Assembly: GCF_001194135.2 (NCBI RefSeq)
Contig: NC_068982.1
Coordinates: 137,617,721 to 137,681,720 of the forward strand
Length of the DNA stretch: 64,000 bases
Reading direction: 5' to 3'
Source of the DNA: Octopus bimaculoides
Taxonomy: Eukaryota
The position numbers were made by a program, and so were the translations under genes. Positions 38,329 to 47,018 of this stretch are shown here, one piece after another; position 1 is the first letter of the stretch, and each line of letters begins with the position of its first letter. The notes under the pieces were generated by a model, which was not told where the DNA came from, ran no database searches, and saw only the letters and a list, made by a program, of their open reading frames with translations.

Positions 38329-38955
38329 TATGTGTGCGTGTGTATACTCACATATATATACATAGTTGTTTATTAAGACTAGACACAAGAAAATGATTTG
38401 TAGTGGAAGGGTACAATTGATAAAACAGACGTCAAGTCAGTTTAGTTAGTCGAGTGCTTATTTTTATGGTGAGAATGAAAAGGTACCATCGATGTATTTC
38501 GATATCTGACAACAGTGAGATATCAAACAAGTTACGTTATAAAAGCACTTGGTCCAAGCACAGCACTCTGCCATCTAGGAGATATAAGCTTTATACACAG
38601 ACACATGGGTGCCTCTGTCTAATTCGAAACACAGTCCATAAGCGTTTATCAAAAGGTGCCTAAAAAAGCCATACCATAGTAATTTCTCAGAAATATAGAG
38701 AGATAACAAAACATTAGAAGACAAAAGGAAGATATATAGGAAGACACAGGTAAAAGACATGCTTTCATTCCATAAAAATAATCCACAATACTTTACAATA
38801 TGAAACAGAATCAGAATTACTCGTGTGAAAGGACACCTAATAAAAAAGACAAAAAAATAATCATTTATAATAGGATAACTCACTTCAATTATTTTTTCCT
38901 TCTTCTTACTGTCAGCCTTTTTGCTCACATCGGGTTTCTTGGCTTTGGGAGGCAT
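10213..38955 (-). CDS. ZC3H15: Zinc finger CCCH domain-containing protein 15 (DFRP1/Tma46 family); whole 12-exon CDS, about 399 aa
   Basis: The spliced translation begins [50 protein letters not shown]. It has two CCCH fingers, a DFRP-like [13 protein letters not shown] segment and the acidic tail [24 protein letters not shown]. All 11 introns are GT-AG with matching phases. Orthology is from remembered human ZC3H15 sequence. Confidence 0.96.
10461..10862 (+). mobile_element. tRNA-derived SINE, family A (head, CCTTGGGCAAGT-type core, internal (TA)n, GACTGAAACAAGTAAAAG tail)
   Basis: Other copies lie at about 8660-9005(-), 14733-15107(-), 15553-15935(-), 23745-24125(+), 59860-60245(+) and 62655-63270(+, interrupted). 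Confidence 0.85.
11012..11425 (-). mobile_element. SINE family A, inverted relative to the 10461 copy
   Basis: Reverse complement of the same consensus over about 400 bp. Confidence 0.85.
11764..12675. mobile_element. hAT (Charlie-like) MITE carrying a nested RTE-derived repeat
   Basis: TIRs CAGTGGTTCCCAACCT / AGGTTGGGAACCACTG; 8-bp flanks TTCTAGAC / ACCTAGAC. Confidence 0.8.
11826..12420 (+). repeat. 66-bp minisatellite inside an RTE-derived non-autonomous element (element extends to ~12575)
   Basis: AAAAAGCACC recurs at 11888, 11954, 12020 and 12086, then after the gap at 12290, 12341 and about 12407. Confidence 0.9.
13829..13934 (-). CDS. ZC3H15: ZC3H15 exon 11 ([35 protein letters not shown]-)
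   Basis: Acceptor ttacag, donor GTCAGT; 106 nt; phase 0/1 links exons 10 and 12. VNDI resembles human VNDIDLSLY. Confidence 0.85.
14258..14330 (+). pseudogene. Decayed tRNA-like sequence (pseudogene or SINE head)
   Basis: 73 nt with partial acceptor pairing, TGGTATAATGG, and T-arm GTGGG-TTTGATT-GCCAC. The anticodon arm is disrupted. Confidence 0.4.
15164..15271 (-). CDS. ZC3H15: ZC3H15 exon 10 ([36 protein letters not shown])
   Basis: SGRExFEF motif; acceptor ttccag, donor GTATGT; 108 nt; phase 0/0. Confidence 0.95.
16790..17298 (+). mobile_element. Internally deleted mariner related to the 6609 element
   Basis: Shares the 5' sequence gaagctgcttg.cacagattgac.ttgaa, then jumps to a transposase C-terminus ([19 protein letters not shown]). 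Ends are approximate. Confidence 0.6.
17403..17480 (-). CDS. ZC3H15: ZC3H15 exon 9 ([26 protein letters not shown])
   Basis: KAxFKAG motif; acceptor caacag, donor GTAAGT; 78 nt; phase 0/0. Confidence 0.92.
20015..20083 (-). CDS. ZC3H15: ZC3H15 exon 8 ([23 protein letters not shown])
   Basis: TKITLxxFLxWK motif; acceptor ctacag, donor GTAACC; 69 nt; phase 0/0. Confidence 0.93.
20561..20816 (+). mobile_element. Non-coding copy of the Penelope-like terminal segment (tRNA-like head plus hammerhead region with core deleted)
   Basis: A-box TGGCGTAGTGG, B-box GTTCAATTCC, CTGA[3 nt lost]AGGCTG..CAGCCGAAACGTT, and the same 3' tail as 4540-4618. Confidence 0.8.
20872..20948 (-). CDS. ZC3H15: ZC3H15 exon 7 ([26 protein letters not shown])
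   Basis: Acceptor ctgaag (A at -3), donor GTGAGT; 77 nt; phase 1/0. Confidence 0.93.
21782..21887 (-). CDS. ZC3H15: ZC3H15 exon 6, second CCCH finger ([36 protein letters not shown])
   Basis: KYGWFWxCP motif; acceptor tttcag, donor GTATGT; 106 nt; phase 0/1. Confidence 0.96.
22071..22470 (-). mobile_element. RTE-derived non-autonomous repeat, family B (representative copy)
   Basis: Begins (CAT)nCGTTTAACGTCCGCTTTCCATGCTAGCATGGG. Similar copies at about 2512, 7348, 22925, 25410, 26575, 41740, 46360 and 54200 (-), and 44305, 60650 and 63690 (+). Confidence 0.85.
23491..23582 (-). CDS. ZC3H15: ZC3H15 exon 5 ([31 protein letters not shown])
   Basis: Acceptor ttacag, donor GTAAGT; 92 nt; phase 1/0. 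Confidence 0.95.
25989..26129 (-). CDS. ZC3H15: ZC3H15 exon 4, first CCCH finger ([46 protein letters not shown])
   Basis: C-x7-C-x5-C-x3-H; acceptor ttccag, donor GTAAGA; 141 nt; phase 1/1. Confidence 0.96.
27112..27214 (-). CDS. ZC3H15: ZC3H15 exon 3 ([35 protein letters not shown])
   Basis: Acceptor ttgcag, donor GTCAGT; 103 nt; phase 0/1; ELNxLFKP motif. Confidence 0.93.
29125..29975 (+). mobile_element. Internally deleted RTE-clade LINE (APE N-terminus joined to the ORF C-terminus and 3' UTR)
   Basis: [23 protein letters not shown] and [10 protein letters not shown] join directly to [14 protein letters not shown], followed by the common 3' tail. Confidence 0.85.
30215..30316 (-). CDS. 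ZC3H15: ZC3H15 exon 2 ([34 protein letters not shown])
   Basis: Acceptor ttccag, donor GTAAGA; 102 nt; phase 0/0. Not shown in the ORF track. Confidence 0.95.
31472..32363 (-). mobile_element. Internally deleted copy (892 bp) of the 42993 mariner family
   Basis: Same TIR family with TA on both sides. Collinear with 42993-44271 except for a central deletion of roughly 370-390 bp. Confidence 0.9.
33560..34320 (-). mobile_element. Decayed CR1/Jockey-type LINE 3' region
   Basis: Fragments [22 protein letters not shown] and [17 protein letters not shown]; boundaries are approximate. Confidence 0.5.
35385..35533. mobile_element. hAT MITE (149 bp)
   Basis: TIRs CAGTGGTTCTCAA / CTGAGAACCGCTG; 8-bp TSD GTCAAGAC / GTCAAGAT. 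Confidence 0.8.
38884..38955 (-). CDS. ZC3H15: ZC3H15 coding exon 1 ([24 protein letters not shown])
   Basis: ATG at 38955; 72 nt; followed by donor GTGAGT. Confidence 0.95.
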
Positions 38956-40605
38956 TTTGGGAGCTTTTCTTAAGGTGTTAATAGGTGTTTTTTTTTTGTT
39001 ACCTTAAAGAAGGAAAAAAAAAAGAAAGGGGTTAAATTTGTGAGAGGCAAGACCCGCCGCCGCCGTCCACAGAAGTTTGCCTTTTAGTGAAACAAATGCA
39101 CATATCGAAGCCATACTTTCGAATTCAGTCAATGAAACTGAAATATTTATAAAAATATATCAGTATTTATATTAGGAAAACAATGTAATTTACTTGATAA
39201 TTTTAGAATATATATATATATTCACATGCTGTCTAGATTAATCGAATGTCGGACAAAAATCAACGCTGTTTAATATTAATATTACACTGCTAACTTCGTA
39301 TGTAACTCGGTGTCTTCGGATGAGACACGTGTTTTGCGGAAGACCTTTTCAAAAAGTATTTCTTACACATTTACACTGATTTATACGCAGTCTCTACACA
39401 TACACACACCTTTATATATACATAGCATGTACACACAAGTCTAGATGATATTGCGGGTACGTGGAATCCCGTTTATTACTTAAAATAAGGCTATTTTATC
39501 CTGGTTCTTTAAAGATTTTATGCCAGTTCTTTAATGAAACTAAAGCTGTATTTATATATCTGTTAGTCTTTAAATTATTTTATTTTATTAGGAGAGCATT
39601 AACTGTGACAGGCTGTTACCGAACCTGTCATATTACCTGACAAGTGTGGTTTTGTTTTGAAACTATATGTTGAGAAATTTTTAATTTTAAAACGCATTAC
39701 TTCATAATCTTTATTTAGCTGGATCTCGTCCAACAAGCTAGTTTTCTTATATTACAAGATGCATAACTTCAGTTTTCTTAGTAGAATACTTCCTTTTGTA
39801 TTTTCATGTAAACAAGAGGGGAGTATACTGTAAAAAGTTTTTTTGTTGGCGTTAAAAAGTGACATTTACAAAACAGCCTCTGAAAGTAAACATATATTAT
39901 CCGGATCATGGTAACTTTTAAAAGTTATTCAATTTGTAGTTGGCTTTATTTTATTTTATTCTTGGAGGTGTTTAATTAAAAATAGCTTTCTTTAATTAGA
40001 GCAATAATTTCTGATGCAGTTACTATCTACCTAAGCGAAAATTCACAGGTTTTAAATATGATATGATGTACAGTATTCAGGTACTGTACTTTAAGCTCTT
40101 CGGTAAAGGGTGAAAGACTCAAAGCGTTTCAATGTCTCGATAATTTATCTCGTTTCAGTCATTGAACTGTGACCCCGAATTTATTTATTTATTTACTTTT
40201 TCAAAGCATAATTAACCTTAGATTTGATGATGTAACCCTTCCTTTGTTACTGTCTGTAGTTTCGGGATACTACACTCTCTTCAATAAATGCTGTATACGT
40301 AGTTTCAGAGGCTGCAATGCAGAACTTCGTTAAATTAGTAGCCATAGTTACAGTTTGGTGCTCCACCACCAGCTTTGTTTCCTCATAACTTTTTAAAAAA
40401 TATTTATAAACAAAATTTAGTGGAGATACGTTGTTCTTGCCTCTCACAACTCGAGTTTGTTATGAGGAAACAAGTTCCAGGAGTGGGACACTAACACTGC
40501 TCAGTTTACTTAAACAGAACATCTAAAATTCTCCCAAGTATATTACATATATTTATGGCTTTTCCCCAGTTTGTCTGTGACTTCATTCATATTAAGGACT
40601 TCGAG

Positions 40606-40962
40606 AAAATTCGGCGACGGTAAAGGACATTGACCGCACCCACTTTCGGTTATTTTTTTTTGGGGGGGGGGGGGTCTACAGGGACCCATTTTTTCGACTG
40701 CGGAGATTTCCGAATCTGCAAAAAAAAAAAAAAAATCGGCATTTCGTTAACTTCGCCTCCCGTCCCCCAGTTCTTCGCCGAAAAAAATTCTAAAAAAGTG
40801 AAAAATTGGGAGGCGGAGTGGGGGTATTAAAATTTTGAAATGCCGATTTTCCTTTTGCTGATTCGGAATCTATGCAGTCTAAAAGGTGGGTTTCTGTAGA
40901 AAAAATTTTAAAAGAACCGAAAGTGGGTGCGGTCCATCTCCCTTACCTCCACCTAAAATTCT
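40606..40962. repeat. Foldback element (long imperfect inverted repeat) between the two genes
   Basis: Perfect 20-bp GACCGCACCCACTTTCGGTT (40632-40651) and its complement (40915-40934), with collinear inner arms. Confidence 0.88.
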
Positions 40963-41334
40963 AACAGTTTACATATTGTAAATATATTGACAGCTTTCTT
41001 TAATCCCAGATCTTGGAATGCAGTTGGGATCCATTTAGCTAGATTGGTGTGTGTTACAGAAAGCATCTCTTTTTATTTGTCTGTGATTTTTCTTTCTTGC
41101 CTTGAGTAATTTACCTCATCAATTACCATTCTTTAATACACGTTGAATGTGAATCACTGTCCATAGCTTATATATTAAGCAACTGTGACATTATAAATGT
41201 TACATAGTCACTGCTGCTATCTCTTCTGTTTTAGTGCATCAAACATTACATTGTTAATCTGGGATTGATTTGACGGTAGTTGTGGCACCATAAATCTCAC
41301 TACTACTACTCAAAAAAGGATCAAAGATCTGTCC

Positions 41335-41565
41335 CGATCCGTGGGCTCATAAGGCCAGTTTCCTGGATTCTTTGGCATACATATACACCACGCTACTGGA
41401 TGAGATGCCAGTCCTTCGCAGGATTATTCCTTTTTACCAGCTGAGTGAACTGGATCAATGTGAAATGGAGTGTTTTGCTCAAGATCACAAGGTATTGCCC
41501 AGTCCAGGAATTGAAATCACAATCTTATGATCATGAGTGCAACACCCTAACCACTAAGCCACGCT
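41335..41565 (-). mobile_element. tRNA-headed SINE, family D
   Basis: Minus strand: GTGGCTTAGTGGTTAGGG A-box, TTCAATTCC B-box and a CCTGCGA.GGACTGGCATC central motif. Relatives at ~45870-46170(+) and ~12760-12890. Confidence 0.6.
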
Positions 41566-42766
41566 CCTCCACACTGCTGCTGTTGCCATTACAATTATTA
41601 TTACTACTACTACTACTACCTGTTATTCTGACATTTTGATGCAAAGTTGATGTGACAATATCATAAAAATTTCTTTTCTCTCTCTTTGATGAAGTATCAG
41701 TCCAAAGATATAAGATTCTTTTTCTTCCACAGCAAACTTCATCATCATCATCGTTTAACGTCCGCTTTCCATGCTAGCATGGGTTGGACGATTTGACTGA
41801 GGACTGGTGAACCAGATGGCTACACCAGGCTCCAATCTGATTTGGTAGAGTTTCTACAGCTGGATACCCTTCCTAACGCCAACCACTCCAAGAGTGTAGT
41901 GAGTGCTTTTACATGCCACTAGCACGAAGGCCAGTCTAGCAGCACTGGCAATGACCTCGCTCAAATGTCTTTTCACATGCCACCGGCACGAGTACTGGGA
42001 TGGCGACGCTGGTAACGATCACGCTCAAATGTTGCTATTTACGTGCCACTGGCACAGAAGCCAGACAGCTGCTCTGGCAACGATCACGCTCGGACGGTGC
42101 TGTTAGCACTCCACTGGTACAGGTGCCATCACGATTTCATCCAAACAGTAAATGTTATTTAGTCACAACAACTCTTAATTAATTATATCAAGCATGGATT
42201 ATGATTCTATATGTGGTGGTAGATTGTGAGTGTTTTGAGTATTTCACTCATTAATATAAAGGCCATCAGTTCAATTCCTAGACCATGCAGTGGATTGTGT
42301 CCTTGACTAAGGCACTTCATTTCTTGTTGCTTCCATCTATGAAGCTGTATTGAGCATTTGTATGGTGCTAGTTCAAACTCTATACTGCCACCTGTGACAT
42401 TTTGGATGTACCGATGAGACAATGGTAAGGGACTCTGATGATGCCTGTGTCTATGACTATATCCGCACCTGAACCTGTGAAGAAAGTATGGTATATGTTA
42501 TTATACCATACACACTCATGAGTGACTGCTGGCAATACTACTGTTCTATCGTAATCTGTCTACCTGCCATTCATATATATACACACACACAAACACACAT
42601 ATATTCATCATCATTGGTTAACATCCATTTTCCATGCTGGCATGGGTTAGACGTTTTGACTGGGAGCTGTCCAGACTCAATTTGTCTGTTGTGACATGGT
42701 TTCTACTGCTGGATGCCCTTCCTAATTCCAACCACTTAACAGAGTGTGCTGGATGTTTTTTACATG

Positions 42767-42803
<37 letters not shown>

Positions 42804-42944
42804 GGAGAATTCACAAAAAAATCAACAGACGAAGACAGGTGATGTAGAAAACAAACAGATGTATTAGTATAATGCTCGGGAATTGAAAAAGTCTTTACCA
42901 TTTCGAGCCTACGCTCTTCCACAGAAAGAAACAAGGAGAGAAAA

Positions 42945-42979
<35 letters not shown>

Positions 42980-42992
42980 ATATGTATATATT

Positions 42993-44271
42993 TTGGGTCA
43001 TCCTATAAATAATGCGGTTTTTTTATACTTCTTTCATTTTTCAAAATTGAGATAAACAAAGTTCTTTTTAATCTAAAATGTACTCTCCTTCATTTTCTAA
43101 ATGCTCTTCCATCTATCTGGTAAACTTGAAAGGCCCCTCTGCTAAAATTCACTTGTCCATGACAAAAGATACTCCTCCAGTAATGTTCTGACCTTGTCTA
43201 CAGAATTCATATTTTTTCCATCCAAATAATTTTGAAGACTGCAGAATAAATGATAATCAGATGGGGCAATGTCCAGTGAATATGGACAGTGGGGCATCGT
43301 TTCCCATTCAAACTGCTCAGCCTTTGGAATATCATCCTCACTGTATGTTCCCGAGTATTAACCTGATGGAAGAACACCTTTCGTCTTGAAACTAAAGATG
43401 GTCGTTTTTCTTCTAGCCCTGGCTTAAGCCCCTCAAACTGCTTGCAGTAGATCTCCTTTGTTATCATTTGGTTTGGGTTTAAAAGTTCAAAGTGGACTAA
43501 ACCTTTCATATCCCACCAAACAAGTAACAACACCTTATGTGGGTGAAGACCTTTAGCCTGGGATGCCAAGTGTTTCTCCTTTGCCTACCAACTATCTTCA
43601 GCGCTTGACATTTTTATAGAGAACCCATTTCTCATCACCAGTCACTATTCATTCCAAAAAAGGTGCATTCGTGAGACATGACAACAAAGAGCACACATTC
43701 ACTCTTTGCTTGTGATTAGACTCGGAAAGTTTGTGAGGAACCCATTGACCCAATTTGCTGACTTTTCCAATGGAATGCAGGTGTTGATGAATGGTTAAAT
43801 GACCGAATCCAAGGTCCTCTGCTAGTTCCTCAACAGTTACGATGGGATTTTGTTCCACCAGGGTTTGCAGGACGTCCTCGTTGAGCTCTGCAGATCTTCT
43901 AGGGCGAGGCTTGTCTTCTAGGCTGTAGTTTCCGGATCGGAATTTCTGGAACCACCGTTGACACTGGCTCACACTTATTGTCTGATCCCCGTATACTCCA
44001 TTAATATTCCTGAGATTTTCCATTGCGTTGTTGCCTTTATTGAACTCATAAAGCAAAATATGCAGAATATGCTCCTTTGTCATTTCCATTATAGCTTTGA
44101 AAAAATAACTGTTAAAATCGAACCGCACTCTTCAATACTTGCACTAAGAATAAATACAAGGTAAAATTACTACCTGCTTTTATAGCAAGTTGATGCCATT
44201 AGTTTATCCCATCCCCCTCCGACTTTTAGTTCATGCAATTGAAAAACAACATTGTTTATGGGATGACCCAA
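42993..44271 (-). mobile_element. Full-length (~1.28 kb) but inactive mariner transposon
   Basis: Imperfect TIRs TTGGGTCATCC.ATAAA.AAT with TA on the right. ORFs 44128-43649 (HTH, GKVSKLGQWVPHKL) and 43569-43207 (VWWDMKG), plus VTGDEKW and DIAPSDYHLF; stops and frameshifts present. Confidence 0.93.
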
Positions 44272-44699
44272 TATGCATTTGTGTATGTGTGTATAATGCA
44301 AAAAGTATGCCAAATCAGATTGGAGCCTGGTGTAGCCATCTGGTTCACCAGTCCTCAATCAAATCATCCAACCCATGCTAGCATGGAAAGCAGACGTTAA
44401 ACGATGATGATGATGGTGTTGCATAAAAAGTACCCAGTACACTCTGTAAAGTGGTTGGTATGAGGAAGGGCATTCAGCTATAGAAACCAAGCCAAAACAG
44501 ATTATAGAACCTGGTGTGGCCTCTGGCCTTGGCAACTCCTCTCAAGCCATCCAAATCATGCCAGTATGGGAAATAGATGGTAAATTTTGATCATAATACG
44601 TAGATAGACTTATATTCATCCATCTTTGTAGTTATTTATCTGTTATATGTTATGTACTCCAAACAGCAATTAGCTCTGCATTGCTTTTTTTTTTACATA

Positions 44700-45802
44700 T
44701 TCTTTTCTACTCTAGGCACAAGGCCCAAGATTTTGGGGGAGGTGGGGGGGGGCAGTCAATTAGATTGACTCCAGTAGGCAACTGGTACTTATTTTATTGA
44801 CCCTGAAAGGATGAAAAGCAAAGTTGAGCTCGGCAGAATTTGAACTCAGAACGTAAAGACAGACAAACCACCTCTAAGCATTTTGCCCAACATGCTAACA
44901 TTTCTGTGAGTTCGCTGTGTTAGAATCTTTTCTACTCTAGGCACAAGGCCCGGAATTTTGGGAGGAGGGGGCCAGTGGATTAGATTGATCCTAGAATGTA
45001 ACTGGTACTTAATTTATCGACCTCAAAAGGATGAAAGGCAAAGTCAACCTCGGTGGAATTTGAACTCAGAACATAAAGACAGACGAAATACTGCTAAGTA
45101 TTTCACCTGGCGTGCTAACATTTCTGCCAGCTCGCTTCCTTAGGATCTTTTCTACTCTAAACACACAGGCTGAAATTTTGGTGGAGTGGGGGGAGGCAGT
45201 CGATTAGACCGCTCCCCAGTACGCAACTGGTACTTAATTTATCGACCTCAAAAAGAGGAAAGACAAAGTCGACCTCGGCGGAATTTGAACTCAGAATGTA
45301 AAGACAGATGTAATATCGCTAAGCATTTTGCTCAGCATGCTAACGTTTCTGCCTGCTGACCGCCTTAAAATCTTTTCTACTCTAGGTACAAGGCCTGAAA
45401 TTTTGGGGGAGGGAGCCAGCAATTAGATCAACTCCAGTATGCAACTGGTACTTAATTTATCAACCCTGAAAGGATGAAAGACAAAGTTGAGCTCGGCAGA
45501 ATTTGAACTCAGAACATAAAGACAAACGAAATACCACTAAACATTTTGCCTGGCGTGCTAACGTTTCTGCCAGCTCGCTGCCTTAGAATCTTTTCTACTC
45601 TAAGCACAAGGCCGGAAATTTGGGGGATGGGGCAGTCGATTACATCTATCCCAGTATGCAACTGGTACTTAATTTATCGACCCCAAAAGGATGAAAGGCA
45701 AAGTTGAGTTTGGCGGAATTTGAACTCAGAATGTAAAGACAGACGAAATACCAATAAGCATTTCATGCGGCATGCTAACGTTTCTGCCAGCTCGCCACCT
45801 TA
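44700..45802 (-). repeat. Head-to-tail pentamer of a ~220-bp tRNA-headed SINE (family C)
   Basis: TCTTTTCTACTCT recurs at 44701, 44926, 45146, 45371 and 45589. Monomers occur at about 6019, 24770, 54985, 56510 and 62810. Confidence 0.92.
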
Positions 45803-46799
45803 GTGCGAAATTAAACTCATTCTGTCTTCATATCTCCTCCATTGAACTCTCAGTTGGGAAAGGGCATGGCTTAGTGGTTAGGGTATACGGCTTATGATCA
45901 TAAAGTCGTGATTTCAATACTCAGTGGCACAGTCTGTTCTTGAGCAAGACACTATATTTCACATTACTCCAGTCCATTCAGCTTGCAAAAAATTAGGACC
46001 TGTATTTTAAAGGGCCAACCTTGTCACATTGTGTCTCACTGAATCTCCCTGAGAACTACATTAAGGGTATCTGCATCTGGAATGCTCAGCCACTTACACA
46101 TTAATTACATGAGTAGGTTGTTCCATTGATTGGATCAACTGGAATACTTGTTATAACCAACTGAATGCCAGTTTATATATGTGTATATATATAGAAAGAG
46201 AGAGAGAGAGATAAATAGATATGCATCCATCTATGTAGCTATTTATCTGTTATATGTTCTCTACTCCACTCAGTAATTGCATTAGTTTGGGGTTTTTACT
46301 TTGTTTTCTTTTTACATATTAAACTCATTCTACCTTCATAGCCCTTCTATTGAACCATCATCATCATCAACATTTAACGTCTGTTGTCCATGCTGGCATT
46401 GGTTGGACGGTTTGGCCAGGGCCGGTTAGCTGAGGGACTAAACCAGACTCCAGTCTGATTTTTGTATGGTTTCTACAGCTGGATGCCCTTTCTAATGCCA
46501 ACCACTCCAAGAGTATAATGGGTGCTTTTTATGTGCCGCCAGCATGGGTGCCAGTTGTGTTACACCAGTGTCTGTCATGACTACAATTTCACTAGGCTGG
46601 ATGGGTCTTCTTCTCAAGTATGGCATAATAGCAAAAGTCTCAGTCCTAAGTTGTAATCTATTACTAGTATTTGCTTATAGATGTTAAAAGATGATGCCCT
46701 ATGGCTGCTGTTCATTCACAGATATTCATTCAGAACTTTGTGAGGTTCACAAGTATAACTGTGTTTTTTCAGCTTATATGAATTTATTTATCTGCAGAA

Positions 46800-47018
46800 A
46801 TGGACGAGAAACCCAGCACCAGTTACAATCCAGCAACTGATGCTACAACACCCACCACATCTGAGTCAAACATTTCCTTATCTGATGTAGGAGGCAATGA
46901 GACTCTACATAAAACAACAAAGAATATTCTCTTGAGACATGCTCTCAACAATGACAAAGTGCAGTTATGGAAGCCTCCATATACATTGGACAATGGAGAA
47001 CAAGGATTAATTCCTCAG
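46800..47018 (+). CDS. NUB1: NUB1 first coding exon (MDEKPST...KVQLWKPPYTLDNGEQGLIPQ, 73 aa)
   Basis: Acceptor-like ttatctgcag ends at 46797, 2 nt before the ATG; donor GTATTT at 47019. Confidence 0.88.

Noticed and set aside
42400-42475. Possible C/D box snoRNA (CGATGA..CTGA..CTGA)
   Set aside because: Box C is imperfect, there is no terminal stem, and I recognise no contiguous rRNA or snRNA complement.
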